NCBI GenBank assembly: GCA_028534125.1
Contig: CM052818.1
Coordinates: 33,668,001 to 33,732,000 of the forward strand
Length of the DNA: 64,000 nucleotides
Direction: 5' to 3'
Source: Lama glama
Lineage: Eukaryota
A program made the translations under genes and the position numbers. Below the pieces are notes generated by a model that was not told the DNA's origin, searched no databases, and was given only the letters and a program-made list of their open reading frames with translations. Of this stretch, positions 62,400-64,000 are shown piece by piece; position 1 is the stretch's first letter; every line of letters begins with the position of its first letter.

Positions 62400-64000
62400 A
62401 AAGACTCAAATAAAGGCTGAGATTGAACCAATGCCCTTAGAAAGCAAGTCAGAACTTACGGTCTGAACCTAAACAGGTTATCTGCTAAAATAAAAATAGC
62501 AACATTCCCCCAGAAGATTCTGAAAAGACCCACAGTCTACACAAATAACATTCATAATCTTGAGAATAAATTCCAAAATTATGTAGTATACAAAGAACCA
62601 GGAAAATGTGAGGAACTCTCACAGGACAGATGATAAACAAATGTCAACCCAAGATGATGCAGATGTTGGAACTAGCAAAGACTTTAAAGCAACTATTATA
62701 ACTATGCTTCATGATATAAAGAAAAACACACTTGAAATGAAGGAAAATGTAAGACTTATCAGCAGAAAAACAGAAACCATAAAAAAGAACCAAATTAAAC
62801 TTTAGGACTGAAATAAAAATTCACTGGATGGGCTAGTAACAGAACAGAGATGAAAGAGGAAAGAATCAGTGAATCTGAAGACAGATCAATAGAAATTAAC
62901 CAATCTGAAGAACAAAAAGCAAAAAAGACTGTAAAACAGTCAACACAGCCCCAACAACCTATGGGTCAATATCAAAAGACCTAACTTAAATGTAGTTGTA
63001 ACTGCAGAAAAAGAGGAAAGAGGGACTAAAGCAGGAAAAAATTTTGAAAAAAAAAATGGTGCAAATATCTTCCAAATTTAATGAAAGATTTACCTTTACA
63101 CACTGAAAGAGCTCAACACTCAACAGTATAAACTCAAAGAAAACCAGATCTAGATAAATCTTAATGAAACTGTTCAAAACTGAAGATTAAAACAAAAAGC
63201 AGCTAGAAAAAATATAACATATTACATACATGGAACAATGATTCAAATGATCATGAATTTCTCAAAAGAAGCCAAGACAGAAGACAGAATAATAACATCT
63301 TTAAAATCCTGAGAGAAGAAATTCACCAATTCAAAATTCCATATTCAGTGAAAATACTCTTTACTTCAGATGAAGTAAAACTAAAATTTGTTGTCAGATT
63401 TGCTCTATGAAAAATTCTAAGGGAAATAATTCCAGCTGAAGGGAAAATGACACCAGAGTGAAATTTGGGTTTTTAAGAATGAAGAAAGAGGGGTAGGGTA
63501 TAGCTCAGTGGTAGAGCACATGCTTAGCATACAAGAGGTCCTGGGTTCAATCTCCAGTACCACCACTTAAATAAATAAATAAATAAACCTAATTACTTCC
63601 CTCATTAAAAAAAAAATTGGAAAAAAAAAGAATGAAGAAAGAGCAAGAAAAATGGTAAACAGCTGGGTAAATATTAAAAACTTTTTAAAGCAAAAATTTA
63701 ACATTATCTGGTAAGATTTTCAATATATAAGATGTAATATATGACAGCTATAACTTAATGGTCAGCAGGTAGGGGGTTAAAGTAATCTATGTGGTTGTGA
63801 GGCTTCTATATTTAAGCAAAGTTGTAGGATATTAATTCTAAGTAGACTATGAAAGGATAGATATGTACACTGTAATTCCTAGAGCAACCACTATGAAACA
63901 TTCCCCTCACCCCTGAAGAGAGAGGGAGAGAGCATCAAAAATCAAATGGATAAATTAAAATGGGATGTTAAACGTTCAAATAATCCAAAAGAAGGTACAG
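62400..64000 (+). mobile_element. Old L1 5'/ORF1 relic
   Basis: A-rich decayed ORF1-like text (GAAAGAATCAGTGAATCTGAAGACAGATCAATAGAAATT). Confidence 0.7.
63491..63627 (+). mobile_element. tRNA-derived SINE inserted into an old L1
   Basis: A/B boxes; perfect 16-bp TSD AAGAATGAAGAAAGAG (63475-63490 / 63628-63643). Confidence 0.88.

Overview
Mammalian genomic DNA. The tRNA-derived SINE family suggests a camelid, which is an inference. The window holds the conserved gene cluster SLC4A1AP(-, exons 1-5; rest runs off the left edge) <-> SUPT7L(+, complete) >< GPN1(-, complete, 14 coding exons, 374 aa) <-> CCDC121(+, 2 exons) >< ZNF512(-, last 12 coding exons; 5' end off the right edge). Exon boundaries were read by hand from GT-AG junctions and the phases are consistent. 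There are two CpG-island bidirectional promoters (~4.8-5.35 kb and ~35.1-35.3 kb). Introns carry processed pseudogenes of CCNE1 and RPL21, a third unidentified retro-insert, L1/L2/MIR/MaLR/Tigger/hAT relics and six copies of a young SINE. Best second-look items: a U12 (minor-spliceosome) intron in GPN1, an L2-like SUPT7L exon with a shifted start codon, a 483-aa spliced CCDC121 isoform overlapped antisense by a long stop-free frame in phase with GPN1, the unidentified retrocopy in ZNF512, and nested retroinsertions. I see no convincing evidence for a wholly new biological system. Gene and repeat identities come from recalled similarity, not database searches.
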